Assembly: GCA_016928995.1 (NCBI GenBank)
Contig: JAFGJS010000042.1
Location: 31,726 to 95,725 of the forward strand
Length of the DNA: 64,000 nucleotides
DNA from: Candidatus Sumerlaeota bacterium
GTDB taxonomy: Bacteria; Sumerlaeota; Sumerlaeia; JAFGJS01
Reading direction: 5' to 3'
Shown here: positions 19,055-28,887 of the stretch, piece by piece
Layout: each line of letters starts with the position of its first letter
Position numbering within the stretch: position 1 is the stretch's first letter
Position numbers and translations under genes: made by a program
The notes under the pieces: generated by a model
The model's input: only the letters and a program-made list of their open reading frames with translations
Databases searched by the model: none
Told to the model about the DNA's origin: nothing

Positions 19055-19960
19055 TTAGCGCCCTCGCGCCGCGCGCAAAATGCATTGCGCCGTGACGTAA
19101 CGCTGCCCGGCTTGCGCGGCAAGCACCAGCGCGTTATGGCAAAGGCGGTTGATCTCGCGCGGAATCCCGTTCGTCACGTTGTGCGCCGCGTCAAGCGCAT
19201 CCGTGTCGAACAAGTCGGACTGTGCGCCGGCCATCAGCAGGCGGAACTTGATGTATTGCTCCGTTTCCTTTTCGTGCAACGGCCGCAGATGCGTGCGGAC
19301 GAACATGCGGCTGAACAACGCACGATAGCCAGGGAGCGCCATGCGATTGAGGAACGTCTCCTCGCCGAACAGCAGGATCGTGATCAGCTTTCGCGTCGGC
19401 GTTTCGATGTTGCTCAGCGTGCGCAGCGTGTGCAGCGCCTCGGCTTTGAGGAAATGCACCTCGTCGATGATCAGCACGATCTTCACGCCCCGCTCGTGCT
19501 GGCGCATGATCTCTTCCTGAATCGCGGACACCAGATCATCGACGCGGCCGCGCTTCGGCATACCTTCGAGCTTGAGTTCGCGGGCGATGTCCTTCAGCAG
19601 CGCCGTGGGCGAAATCGAAGGATACACCAGCGCCACCACGGGAAGATAGCGCTCCGGCTGCTCCTGCAATTCATTGAGCAGAATCTGCGTCAGGAGCGTC
19701 TTGCCCGTGCCGCTGATCGCGGTGGTCAGGCCGATCGAGATGTGATCCTCGATGCACTGCTTCATCTTCAGGTAGGCCTCTTCGTGCGCCTCCGTGCGAA
19801 AGAAAAAGTCCGGATTGACGTTGTCGAGGAAGGGATGCGTCTCCAACTTGTAATATTGCACCGGCAGGGCGGAGTTGACGACTTCGATCTTCGCTCCCTC
19901 TTCATGCGATTCATCGACCAAATCAACGATCGAGAATTCCGGTTCGGCGTTATGATTCAT
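19055..19960 (-). CDS. ExeA/GspA-like (MshM-like) AAA ATPase
   Basis: 301 aa. Walker A ISGTGKTLL, Walker B VLIIDEVHFL. ...LRTLSNIET...LLFGEETFL...GIPREINRLC is typical of the general secretion pathway protein A family (COG3267). Confidence 0.8.
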   Translation of the reverse strand: MNHNAEPEFSIVDLVDESHEEGAKIEVVNSALPVQYYKLETHPFLDNVNPDFFFRTEAHEEAYLKMKQCIEDHISIGLTTAISGTGKTLLTQILLNELQEQPERYLPVVALVYPSISPTALLKDIARELKLEGMPKRGRVDDLVSAIQEEIMRQHERGVKIVLIIDEVHFLKAEALHTLRTLSNIETPTRKLITILLFGEETFLNRMALPGYRALFSRMFVRTHLRPLHEKETEQYIKFRLLMAGAQSDLFDTDALDAAHNVTNGIPREINRLCHNALVLAAQAGQRYVTAQCILRAARGR

Positions 19961-20028
19961 TGTATTCCTCCGTTATGGAACTCGTGCTCTGAATTCACCG
20001 ATTTCTCAGGCAAAACGCCTGTGCTGCA

Positions 20029-21135
20029 TCACGCCGCGCCGGCCATGGAGCGTTTGATCGCGCCAATCAGATCGCCGAAGGCCGAATCCTTCTTGTCATT
20101 TTGGAAAATGCGCTTGTTTAGAATCGTGTCCACCACGAGCTCCAGGTTTTTCGTCGCTTCGCAATTCGGGAAGGCCAGCGCGAAGGGCTTGCGATGCTGA
20201 TTCGCCACCTGGATGTGCTCGTCTTCCATGACGTATCCCAGATAACCCAACGTGTAATGCATGCAATTTTCCGTGGCGGTGTTGATGCGGTTATACACAT
20301 TCTTGGCGTGATACATGCTCGGCGCCATGTTGGCCAGCAGGCCGATCTTCGCGTTGGGATCCATCTGCAGCAGAATTTTAATGATGGAAAAGGCGTCGGA
20401 GGCCGAGGCGATGTTGGGCGTAGCGACGCAGATCACCTCGTCGGCGAACGCGGCGAAGCGCAGCACGTTGTCGCTGATGCCGGCGCCGGTGTCCACGAGC
20501 AGCACGTCCACCTCGCGCTCCAGTTTGTCCATCTGGCGCAGGATGAAGCGGCGCTGATCGTCGGTCAGGTTGGCCATTTCGCGCAGGCCCTGCCCGCCGG
20601 AGATGATCTTCACGCCCAGCGGACCTTCGACGATGGCGTCTTCGAAATCGAAGCCGTCCTCCACCACATGGCTCAGGTTGTAGCGCGGTTTGACGCCGGC
20701 GAGAATGTGGACGTTCGACAGGCCGAGGTCGGCGTCGAAAATCGCCACCTTGCGCTGACGCTTGGCCAGCAGCATCGCCAGGCTGACGGTGAGATTGGTC
20801 TTGCCTACGCCGCCCTTGCCGCTGGTGACGGCGATGACGCGAGCGAATTCGCCCGCCTTGGCAGGCATGACGAAGCCCTTCTCCATCGTATCGTTGGTAT
20901 GATGGGTCAGGCTGCGCAGGTGTTTCTTGACTTCAATGACGGAAAATCCGCGTTTATTGATTAGTTCCTTGATGCGCTGAAGCAGCGCGATATGGTCGGA
21001 CGTGAACTCCCTTTTGCCGTGCGCCAGTTCGGTGAACGACAGGAATTCCTTGAAGGCTGTTTCGTAAAAACGGATGTCGCTTTCTTCCAGCCCGGTCTTT
21101 TCACATACTTGTCGGATTGAATAGAGTTGTTCCAC
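20029..21135 (-). CDS. MerR-type HTH fused to a MinD/ParA-family ATPase
   Basis: N-terminus YSIRQVCEKTGLEESDIRFYETAF (MerR-like HTH). Then the deviant Walker A VTSGKGGVGKTNLT and ...LVDTGAG..., a MinD/FlhG/ParA-like P-loop. Confidence 0.75.
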   Translation of the reverse strand: MEQLYSIRQVCEKTGLEESDIRFYETAFKEFLSFTELAHGKREFTSDHIALLQRIKELINKRGFSVIEVKKHLRSLTHHTNDTMEKGFVMPAKAGEFARVIAVTSGKGGVGKTNLTVSLAMLLAKRQRKVAIFDADLGLSNVHILAGVKPRYNLSHVVEDGFDFEDAIVEGPLGVKIISGGQGLREMANLTDDQRRFILRQMDKLEREVDVLLVDTGAGISDNVLRFAAFADEVICVATPNIASASDAFSIIKILLQMDPNAKIGLLANMAPSMYHAKNVYNRINTATENCMHYTLGYLGYVMEDEHIQVANQHRKPFALAFPNCEATKNLELVVDTILNKRIFQNDKKDSAFGDLIGAIKRSMAGAA

Positions 21136-21497
21136 GGTAATTTCTCCTTTGCAGCGGGAATATCAGCAGGGAAAGCGAACGAATAAGATAAGATATTGCT
21201 TTCCACATGAAGGTTCGTTAGAGCATGAGCGATAATGCGAGTCGGTGTTTGCCTGGAATAAAAAAAGACCTTTGCGGCGCAAGCCAGCCGCCGGCATAAA
21301 ACGCTTGCCGGACCGGAAAAAAAGCGCAGACGCGGATTTCAAAGATCGAATTTAAGAGAACAACAGCTATCTTAACATCGGGTTAGCAAATTTTGTCAAG
21401 ATAAATTGCTTGCCCCGCGCAACGGGTTCAAGGCAGCATGAAGCCTGAATGCAACGGTTGAGCGGCCGTGAATTTCCCAAATGCGGAGAGGGTGTCC

Positions 21498-21866
21498 ATG
21501 AACGAATCGATTTTTGACCGGCTGATTCAGCGGGGAAATTTTCAATGGCTTGTGCTGGCCGCCGGCGCGCTATGGCTGACGGCTTGCGTCGCATGGGCGC
21601 AATGGAGGGCAAGCGACGATCAACGGCGATTCGTTCTAACATTGAGCGCAGCTGGGCCGCTGTTTATCGCGCTCTGGTTCATATATAACGCAATCATGGA
21701 TCACTTCGGCTTGTCGAGCGTGGCAGGCATGGCGCTCAACCTGGCGCTGATGATCCCGGCCGGTCTGACGATGGGCTATCTGTTGCGAGGGCGCCAGCCG
21801 CATGAAACCGATCCGAAGAAGGATCAATCTCCCGCTGAAGACAACGCCGATCATTCTGCGAGATGA
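21498..21866 (+). CDS. Hypothetical membrane protein (~122 aa, three TM segments)
   Basis: MNESIFDRLIQRGNFQWLVLAAGALWLTACVAW...PLFIALWFIYNAIM...MALNLALMIPAGLTMGYLL. No family recognised. Coding status is moderately supported by hydrophobic periodicity only. Confidence 0.45.
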   Translation: MNESIFDRLIQRGNFQWLVLAAGALWLTACVAWAQWRASDDQRRFVLTLSAAGPLFIALWFIYNAIMDHFGLSSVAGMALNLALMIPAGLTMGYLLRGRQPHETDPKKDQSPAEDNADHSAR

Positions 21867-21984
21867 CGAGTGGCATGGTATATCCATCGAACTGATTATC
21901 CCAAAACACAAAAGCAGCGGGAACATTTCGCTCCCGCTGCTTGATGATTTTAGCCACATGGATCATTCAGTTTATCATGAGCGC

Positions 21985-22641
21985 TTATTGCGAGACTGCT
22001 TTCGCCCATGTTTGATGCGCCTCTGAAAAACCGGGAATGCTGCCGCCAAAACGCATGATGTCTCCGCCGCTGACAGTGCCATTAGTTGGATCATATATGA
22101 TATTGATTACAGCATCCCTGTCCGAATTGGTCAGATACTCCCAAGGATATAAACCGGTTCGGAGATTAGGCGTGCCGGGAGCGGTGTTATCATCCTTGTC
22201 CGGACCGACGGAAGAGACAATCCAAGTGTCCGCGGAAAATCGGAACGTCGTTCCGCTCGGAAGATTATCGATGCTTGTGTATTCGCCAGCTTTGCCCATG
22301 CCGACTTCCAGGTATCCTTCACGATAATCACCCATATATTTATGGGAACCAAACGGATCAATGTCGGGCACCGAAGACATATAGGCGACTGGGGTCGTGA
22401 GAGGTCTGAGCCAGAAGGCCCAATACGTCACGCGCGGATCAAGTTCCGCGTAATATGTGTCATTATCGCCGTAATAGGCTTCAAGCGCCGTGGCGATGGC
22501 GCGTAAATCAGCCTTGACGCGGGATATTTTGGCCCGTGTCTGAAACTCAAGAAAATTCGGCACTGCAATCGCCGCCAGAATCGCGATAATCAACACTACA
22601 ATCAGCAACTCGATCAAAGTAAATGCCTGTCTCCTCTTCAT
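21985..22641 (-). CDS. Prepilin-type (GspG-like) pseudopilin, solo copy
   Basis: MKRRQA|FTLIELLIVVLIIAILAAIAVPNF (class III signal, Glu+5). C-terminal SVGPDKDD...YDPTNGTVSGGDIMRFGG. Confidence 0.85.
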   Translation of the reverse strand: MKRRQAFTLIELLIVVLIIAILAAIAVPNFLEFQTRAKISRVKADLRAIATALEAYYGDNDTYYAELDPRVTYWAFWLRPLTTPVAYMSSVPDIDPFGSHKYMGDYREGYLEVGMGKAGEYTSIDNLPSGTTFRFSADTWIVSSVGPDKDDNTAPGTPNLRTGLYPWEYLTNSDRDAVINIIYDPTNGTVSGGDIMRFGGSIPGFSEAHQTWAKAVSQ

Positions 22642-22875
22642 TTCCCGTTCCTTTCATTGCATCGGCGCGACGCATCGTTCAAAAATGGATCATTCCGCTC
22701 GCCTTATTTATGAGCCGCTGCGATAATAACAAATGAAATTTCTCATTTCAATAATCTATTGATGACATCCGCCTCTTTATTTTATGTATAAATTAAATCA
22801 GCATCGCTTTTTCGTAACCGGACAAATGACTGAATACCGGGCAGCAACATGATGCGCCCAGCATAGAGATTCACC

Positions 22876-24618
22876 ATGAAACCGCATATGACTCCATCGG
22901 CCACAAACGGCATTATTCAATCCCAGGCCACTGTCGACGATGCGCTCAGCGCGACGGAACAGCCGTCGGCGTCCCGCCTGGAATGGCTCATGGCATGGGG
23001 GCTGTTGCCGCTGGTCCTTCTGGCGTATGCTCCGGCATTGAACGCTGGATTCATCTGGGATGACAATATATCGCTGACCAAGTGTCCGCAGATTCGATCG
23101 CTGAGCGGACTTTGGGAATTATGGACGAATCCAGCGATGAATCCAATGGGGCATTACTATCCGCTGACCTATACGTCTTTCTGGCTGGAATACCGGCTAT
23201 GGGGTCTGAACGCCTGGGGATACCATTTCGTCAATGTGCTGTTGCATGGCTTGAATGCGGTCGTGCTTTGGCGCGTGCTGCGAAACCTGCGCATCCCTGG
23301 CGCCTTGTTCTGCGCGGCGCTCTTTGCGCTGCATCCGCTCAAGGTGGAATCCGCGGCGTGGATCACGGAGCGCAAGGATCTGCTCTCGGGATTCTTCTAC
23401 CTGCTGGCGGCGCTGCTTTTTCTGCGCTGCGCTGAAACCCGGAACCGCCGGGACTACTATGCCTCGCTGGCGTTGAGCGCCTGCGCCATGCTGAGCAAGT
23501 CGATCACGCTCACGCTGCCAATCGCGCTCGGATTGGCGCTGTGGTGGCGGAATGGCCGTTTCACACGCCAGGACGCGTTGCGGCTGCTGCCATTTGTCAC
23601 CATCGCCGCCGGGATCGCCATCATCGGACTCAGCGCCACCTATGGTTTTTACGAATACCCCTATGAACTTTCCTTCATCGACCGCTGCCTGATCGCATCG
23701 CGCGCCTTATGGTTTTACCTCGGCAAACTGCTCTGGCCGCATCCTTTGATGCCGATTTATCCGCGCTGGGCAATCGACGCCGCTGATCCACTGCAATGGT
23801 TGCCGCTGATTGGAATTCTCATCACACTGACCGCATTTTATACCATGCGCAAACGCATCGGACGCGGACCGCTTATCGCTGCGCTATATTTTGGCGTCAC
23901 ACTGGGGATGCTGCTGGGATTCATCGATTATCCCCTGATGGCGTATTCCTTCGTCGCCGACCGTTTCCAATACCTGGCCGGCATCGGACCAATGGCGCTG
24001 TTGAGCGGCGCATGTGCAGTTGGCGCGGCGAAAATCCCAACGCCGCAACGGCGTATGCTCTGGATCCCGGCGCTGGGCTTGCTGCTGGCGCTGGGGGCGA
24101 AGACGTTCGTCCAGACGTCGTATTTTACTGATAATGAGACGCTCTTCCGGCATAACCTGCGTTATAATCAAACCAACACGTATCTCTATGACAAACTAGG
24201 AATCGGATTGCTGGAAAATGAGAATTACGCGGAAGCGGCCTCGGCGTTTCGGCGATCGCTTGAGTTGAGTCCGGGAGATGCGAATGTGGAAGCGCTGCTC
24301 GCCTTTACTTTGCTGCAAACGAAGGAATATGACACGGCTGTCGAATTGATGCTGAAGTTGGCGCCGTTGAATCCGGCCATGCTCGCCAGAGAGGCGGAAA
24401 TGGCGCGGAGATTGCTGAAATTCGGCTGCTATCGGGAAGCCATCCGGCTCCTGGAAGATTATAACCGACAAAATCCAGATCAACCACCGGCGCTTTATAA
24501 GTTGGGGCTTTGTCACGAGCGGCTTGGCGAGACAGAGAAAGCCGAAGTCTTCTTCGAACGCGTGCGTGAATTGAACCCCAGCTGGTATGAATATTGGAGC
24601 AAGCAGCCATGGGATTAA
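22876..24618 (+). CDS. TMTC/PMT-like polytopic membrane glycosyltransferase-like protein with C-terminal TPR repeats
   Basis: 580 aa. N-terminal loop motif GFIWDDN after the first TM, ~10 TM segments, then TPR-like repeats (YAEAASAFRRSLELSPGDANV..., ...EKAEVFFERVRELNP). Confidence 0.7.
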   Translation: MKPHMTPSATNGIIQSQATVDDALSATEQPSASRLEWLMAWGLLPLVLLAYAPALNAGFIWDDNISLTKCPQIRSLSGLWELWTNPAMNPMGHYYPLTYTSFWLEYRLWGLNAWGYHFVNVLLHGLNAVVLWRVLRNLRIPGALFCAALFALHPLKVESAAWITERKDLLSGFFYLLAALLFLRCAETRNRRDYYASLALSACAMLSKSITLTLPIALGLALWWRNGRFTRQDALRLLPFVTIAAGIAIIGLSATYGFYEYPYELSFIDRCLIASRALWFYLGKLLWPHPLMPIYPRWAIDAADPLQWLPLIGILITLTAFYTMRKRIGRGPLIAALYFGVTLGMLLGFIDYPLMAYSFVADRFQYLAGIGPMALLSGACAVGAAKIPTPQRRMLWIPALGLLLALGAKTFVQTSYFTDNETLFRHNLRYNQTNTYLYDKLGIGLLENENYAEAASAFRRSLELSPGDANVEALLAFTLLQTKEYDTAVELMLKLAPLNPAMLAREAEMARRLLKFGCYREAIRLLEDYNRQNPDQPPALYKLGLCHERLGETEKAEVFFERVRELNPSWYEYWSKQPWD

Positions 24619-24744
24619 TCCCTCGCACAGCCCCAAATTGATGGTTGATTGTTCAATGCGGATCTGGAGGATGTCGCGATCAGATGCGGATGTCCGCGAT
24701 TCGCCTGAAATGGATTGATCCCAACCTTTGCCGAAAGGCTGTCG

Positions 24745-27444
24745 ATGGCGGCGAAGAAAACAGAATTGACGCCGATGGTGCGGCAGTACCTCACGATCCG
24801 GGCGCAACACCCGGAGCATTTGCTGCTGTTCCGCATGGGCGATTTCTACGAGACGTTCAACGAAGACGCCAAAACGGCCTCGGAAATCCTGGGGATCACG
24901 CTGACCAAACGTCCCGTGAGCGGCGCGCACGGCGGCGGCGAGCAGGAGGCCTGGCCGCTGGCCGGCATTCCGTATCACGCGCTGGACAACTATCTGCGCA
25001 AACTGATTAAGGCAGGCAAGAAAGTCGCCATTTGCGAACAGGTGGAAGATCCCAAGCTGGCCAAGGGGATCGTCAAGCGCGAAGTGACGCGCATCATCTC
25101 CCCCGGCACCGTGGTCGAAGACTCGATCCTCGAAGACAAGCAAAACAACTTCATGATTGCGCTTTGTGTGTTGAAAGATGTGTACGGCCTGGCCGCCACC
25201 GACCTCTCCACCGGGCGCTTCGAAATCACTGAGTTCCCGCGCAGCCACGCGGAGGAGGCGATCCGCTCGGAAATATGGCGGCTGCATCCCAGCGAAATCC
25301 TCTTCGCCGACGGACAGGAGCTTGAACTGCGGCCATTGATCGATCCGGAACTCTCCCCGCATATCACCATCCGGCCCGATTCGCACTTCCGCGTGTCCGT
25401 CGCGCGCGGCGTGGTCTGCGAGCAGCTCGGCGTGAACAACCTGAGCGGCTTCGGCGCGGAGGACTGCACAGCCTCGATCAGCGCGGCCGGCGCTGTGCTG
25501 GAGTATCTGCGCGAAACGCAAAAGACGCTGCTGCGGCACGTCAACGCGCTCCGTGTCTACAGCGTGCGCGATTACATGGTGCTCGACTCCACCACGCAGC
25601 GCAGCCTGGAACTCGTGGAAGGCATCCACGGCGGCAAGGAGGGCACCCTGCTGCGCATCCTCGATCATACGCTGACTTCGATGGGCGGGCGGCAATTGCG
25701 ACAGTGGATACTGCAACCGCTGAAGGAATTAAGCGCCATCCGCGAACGGCAGGACGCGGTCGAGGAACTGCATCAAAATTTCACATTGCGCGACAGCCTG
25801 CGCGAAAGTTTGCGCGAAATCCACGACATCGAACGCATCCTCAGCCGCGTCGGACTCGGCAGCGCCAACGCGCGCGATCTGGTGTCGCTACGGCAATCGA
25901 TGGATCAACTGCCGAAGCTTAAGGAGCGTCTGTCACAGGCGGCATGCGCCACGCTCCGACGGCATGCGGCGCGCATCGATCCCAAGCCGGAGCTACGCGA
26001 CCTGCTGCATCGCGCGCTGGCCGACGATCCTCCGATCACCGTGCGCGAAGGCGGGATGATCCGCGACGGTTACGACGCCAAGGCCGACGAACTGCGCAAT
26101 ATCTCGCGCGACAGCAAATCGTGGATCGCGAAAATGCGGAAGCAGGAGGTTGAGGCGACCGGCATTCAAACGCTGAAAATCAAATACAACAAAGTCTTCG
26201 GCTACTTCATCGAGGTCAGCCGCGGACAGGCCGCGAACGTGCCGGAGCACTACATCCGCAAACAGACGCTCGTGAACGCTGAACGCTACATCACGCCGGA
26301 ATTAAAGGAAAAGGAAGAGATCATCCTCAACGCCGAGGACAAGCTCAACAGCCTTGAGTATGATTTATTCGAACAGGTTCGCAACGAAGTGCGCGCCTGC
26401 ACGCAGCCGTTGCAGAACGTGGCGCAGTGCCTGGCTGAAATCGACTGCCTCTACTCACTCGCCGAGGCCGCCGTCGCCGGAAACTACTGCCGCCCGAATG
26501 TCGTGGCATCGGCATCCTGCCGATGTGAATCTCCTCAATCCGATTCGACCGCGCCTGACGGCCCGATCATCGAAATCCAGGACGGACGCCATCCCGTGCT
26601 CGAAGCCGTGCAGGCCGATCCGCCGTTCGTGCCGAACCACACGTATCTTTCCGCGGCGGATCATCAGATCATGCTGATCACCGGGCCGAACATGGCCGGC
26701 AAATCAACCTACATCCGGCAGGTTGCGTTAATCACGCTGATGGCGCATATGGGCGGCTTCGTGCCCGCGCGTCAGGCCCGCATCGGGCTGGTGGACCGCA
26801 TCTTCACGCGCGTCGGCGCGATGGACCGCATCGCCAAGGGACAAAGCACGTTCCTCGTGGAGATGAGCGAGACCGCGAACATCCTGAACAACGCCACGAG
26901 CGACAGCCTCGTGATCCTCGACGAAATCGGCCGCGGCACCAGCACCTACGACGGACTCAGCATCGCGTGGAGCGTGATCGAATACCTGCACAACCACGCG
27001 AAATGCCGGCCGCTCACGCTCTTCGCCACGCATTACCACGAGCTGATCCAGCTCGAGGAATTCATGCCGCGACTGAAAAATTATAATGTCGCTGTGCTGG
27101 AAGAAAAAGACCGGGTGATTTTCCTCTACAAGATCGAGCGCGGCGCCACGGACCGCTCGTACGGCATTTACGCCGCGCAGCTTGCCGGAGTGCCGCCGCA
27201 GGTGGTCGAACGCGCGAACGATATATTGCAGGAGCTCCAATCCGGCAACGCCGTCGAAGTCCAAGCCAACGGCGAAACAGCAAACACATCCTCCCCCGCC
27301 CCGGCTCACGACTACCAACTCACCTTCTTCGACGCAGTCGATCATCCCGTCGTCGAAAAACTAAAACGACTCGATGTGCAACAATTGACGCCGCTGCAAG
27401 CCCTTAATTTATTGGCCGATTTGCATAACGAAGCAAACCGTTGA
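24745..27444 (+). CDS. mutS: DNA mismatch repair protein MutS
   Basis: [42 protein letters not shown]... Walker [30 protein letters not shown]. Start at ATG 24745. Confidence 0.95.
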   Translation: MAAKKTELTPMVRQYLTIRAQHPEHLLLFRMGDFYETFNEDAKTASEILGITLTKRPVSGAHGGGEQEAWPLAGIPYHALDNYLRKLIKAGKKVAICEQVEDPKLAKGIVKREVTRIISPGTVVEDSILEDKQNNFMIALCVLKDVYGLAATDLSTGRFEITEFPRSHAEEAIRSEIWRLHPSEILFADGQELELRPLIDPELSPHITIRPDSHFRVSVARGVVCEQLGVNNLSGFGAEDCTASISAAGAVLEYLRETQKTLLRHVNALRVYSVRDYMVLDSTTQRSLELVEGIHGGKEGTLLRILDHTLTSMGGRQLRQWILQPLKELSAIRERQDAVEELHQNFTLRDSLRESLREIHDIERILSRVGLGSANARDLVSLRQSMDQLPKLKERLSQAACATLRRHAARIDPKPELRDLLHRALADDPPITVREGGMIRDGYDAKADELRNISRDSKSWIAKMRKQEVEATGIQTLKIKYNKVFGYFIEVSRGQAANVPEHYIRKQTLVNAERYITPELKEKEEIILNAEDKLNSLEYDLFEQVRNEVRACTQPLQNVAQCLAEIDCLYSLAEAAVAGNYCRPNVVASASCRCESPQSDSTAPDGPIIEIQDGRHPVLEAVQADPPFVPNHTYLSAADHQIMLITGPNMAGKSTYIRQVALITLMAHMGGFVPARQARIGLVDRIFTRVGAMDRIAKGQSTFLVEMSETANILNNATSDSLVILDEIGRGTSTYDGLSIAWSVIEYLHNHAKCRPLTLFATHYHELIQLEEFMPRLKNYNVAVLEEKDRVIFLYKIERGATDRSYGIYAAQLAGVPPQVVERANDILQELQSGNAVEVQANGETANTSSPAPAHDYQLTFFDAVDHPVVEKLKRLDVQQLTPLQALNLLADLHNEANR

Positions 27445-27454
27445 ATTGCTGCAA

Positions 27455-28318
27455 CTAAAAAAAGAGATTTTCTTCGATTCCGGCATTCTTTTTCTCTTGT
27501 TCAATTTTGAGGAGTTCTGGACCAATATAAATACGCCTTAACCAGTCGCCATCTAAACCATATCTCTCATCGTATGGACCCGACGGAAATTCAGCAGGCA
27601 AGTTTATTGAAGCGTCAACATTATCGCAAATAAGCAAACGTAGTATGCATTGCACGGGAAATTTATTATGCGAATTGACGCTTAATTTATATAAGACATC
27701 AAAGTCATCTTTATCTAATGACGATAATTCTCTGCCTATTTCCTTCTCATGCGCCAGCGTATCACTACGAAACTTTATATTGCGTCGATGTTTATTAGGA
27801 TCAATCGATTTTATTACTGCAATGGCGCTAATCGTAGTATTCCAAGCCCGACTCTGGCCATCCCACATCTTTCCGCCTTTTAAAAAGTCTTCTTCCGGCT
27901 CACCACAAGCACCTGTTTTAATATTAACAGGTACTCTCCAACCAAAATCCCCACGCATAGCCGCATATATGATCGCTGGACCTAGAAGGATGGGTTGAGA
28001 GCCATAATGACATAACACCAATATACACGGTTCATTTCTCTTTTTATATTGTTGAAACTTTTCGCGTGCTCCATCAATTTTATCTCGTATAGGACTGTAA
28101 GGATCAAAACCACTAAACCCTGGTTGTGGGTTTTGTGGCTCCCATTCTTTCACCTCAAAACGTGCTGTCTTTCCACCTATTTCAAAACTGTAGTCGACAG
28201 GCTTTGTAATACCTATGTGGCTTAGATCTTCTTCGTATTTGTATTTGGTAATACCGCGATCTGCAAGATACACCTCAAATGCCCGCTCAGATATTGTCTT
28301 CTGATTCATTTTTTTCAT
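27455..28318 (-). CDS. Hypothetical protein with an N-terminal PD-(D/E)XK-like motif arrangement (287 aa)
   Basis: ERAFEVYLADRGI...KPVDYSFEIGGKTARFEVKEW fits the E...D...(E)xK layout of restriction-endonuclease-fold proteins. The remaining ~200 aa are unrecognised. AT-rich gene whose start lies 8 nt after the MNT stop. Confidence 0.6.
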   Translation of the reverse strand: MKKMNQKTISERAFEVYLADRGITKYKYEEDLSHIGITKPVDYSFEIGGKTARFEVKEWEPQNPQPGFSGFDPYSPIRDKIDGAREKFQQYKKRNEPCILVLCHYGSQPILLGPAIIYAAMRGDFGWRVPVNIKTGACGEPEEDFLKGGKMWDGQSRAWNTTISAIAVIKSIDPNKHRRNIKFRSDTLAHEKEIGRELSSLDKDDFDVLYKLSVNSHNKFPVQCILRLLICDNVDASINLPAEFPSGPYDERYGLDGDWLRRIYIGPELLKIEQEKKNAGIEENLFF

Positions 28319-28326
28319 CCATTCTT

Positions 28327-28629
28327 TCAGACATAGACAATACTTTTCAGGATGCTTTGGGCGATGCGCTTGTTGCGGATGTTCTGAATGCCTGCAGGGG
28401 TAAGGACATCGACATTGGCGCCAAGCAGACGCTCCAGATACTCGGCAAACTCGACAAAACGCAGCCCGATAGGCCGGTTAAATTCCACGACGAGATCAAC
28501 ATCGCTTTCCTTGGTGGGTGTGCCGTTGGCGTATGACCCGAACAGGCCGATTCTTGCCACGCCATACGTGGAAGACAGATAAGCGCGATCTTTTTGCAAA
28601 GCCTTCGTGATTGTTTCTTGCGTCAGCAT
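28327..28629 (-). CDS. Nucleotidyltransferase-domain protein (MNT-type, as in HepT/MNT toxin-antitoxin pairs)
   Basis: 100 aa, ...RIGLFGSYANGTPTKESDVDLVVEF... (GS...[DE]xD nucleotidyltransferase signature). Confidence 0.8.
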   Translation of the reverse strand: MLTQETITKALQKDRAYLSSTYGVARIGLFGSYANGTPTKESDVDLVVEFNRPIGLRFVEFAEYLERLLGANVDVLTPAGIQNIRNKRIAQSILKSIVYV

Positions 28630-28762
28630 GGTTTGAACCGCTTTCGATTATTCCTATGTAAGTTTAATCTGGCTTCCCTTTACGAAATCAAGGGATTTTT
28701 TTATGAGGATGTATCCTGACAAACTTCGCATATTGAATGTATGTAAAATGATCGCTCCTGCC

Positions 28763-28821
28763 CTTGCTCCTGCTCTTTGGGATGGACAACACGCTGTTTT
28801 TCGAGCAAGAGCAGGAGCAAG
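28763..28821. repeat. 15-bp perfect hairpin with arms built from (agagca)n-type hexamers
   Basis: cttgctcctgctctt (28763-28777) pairs with aagagcaggagcaag (28807-28821) across a 29-nt loop. It lies ~65 nt downstream of the stop of the 1678-aa gene, so it may act as its terminator. Confidence 0.6.
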
Positions 28822-28887
28822 AGCAAGAAAACTCGGATTGAAGCATTCGACGAATGCAATTTCACTCGCCGTGGTGATCAATCAACG

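Noticed and set aside
18830-20200. 456-aa plus-strand ORF spanning the ExeA-like and ParA-fusion genes.
   Set aside because: It lies antisense to two genes with clear Walker motifs. It is Arg/Ala/Leu/Gln-rich with no motifs, which is typical of a high-GC shadow frame.
24196-25716. 506-aa minus-strand ORF.
   Set aside because: It lies antisense to the 3' end of the TPR gene and the 5' third of mutS. Both of those have unambiguous family motifs, and this ORF's composition is shadow-like.
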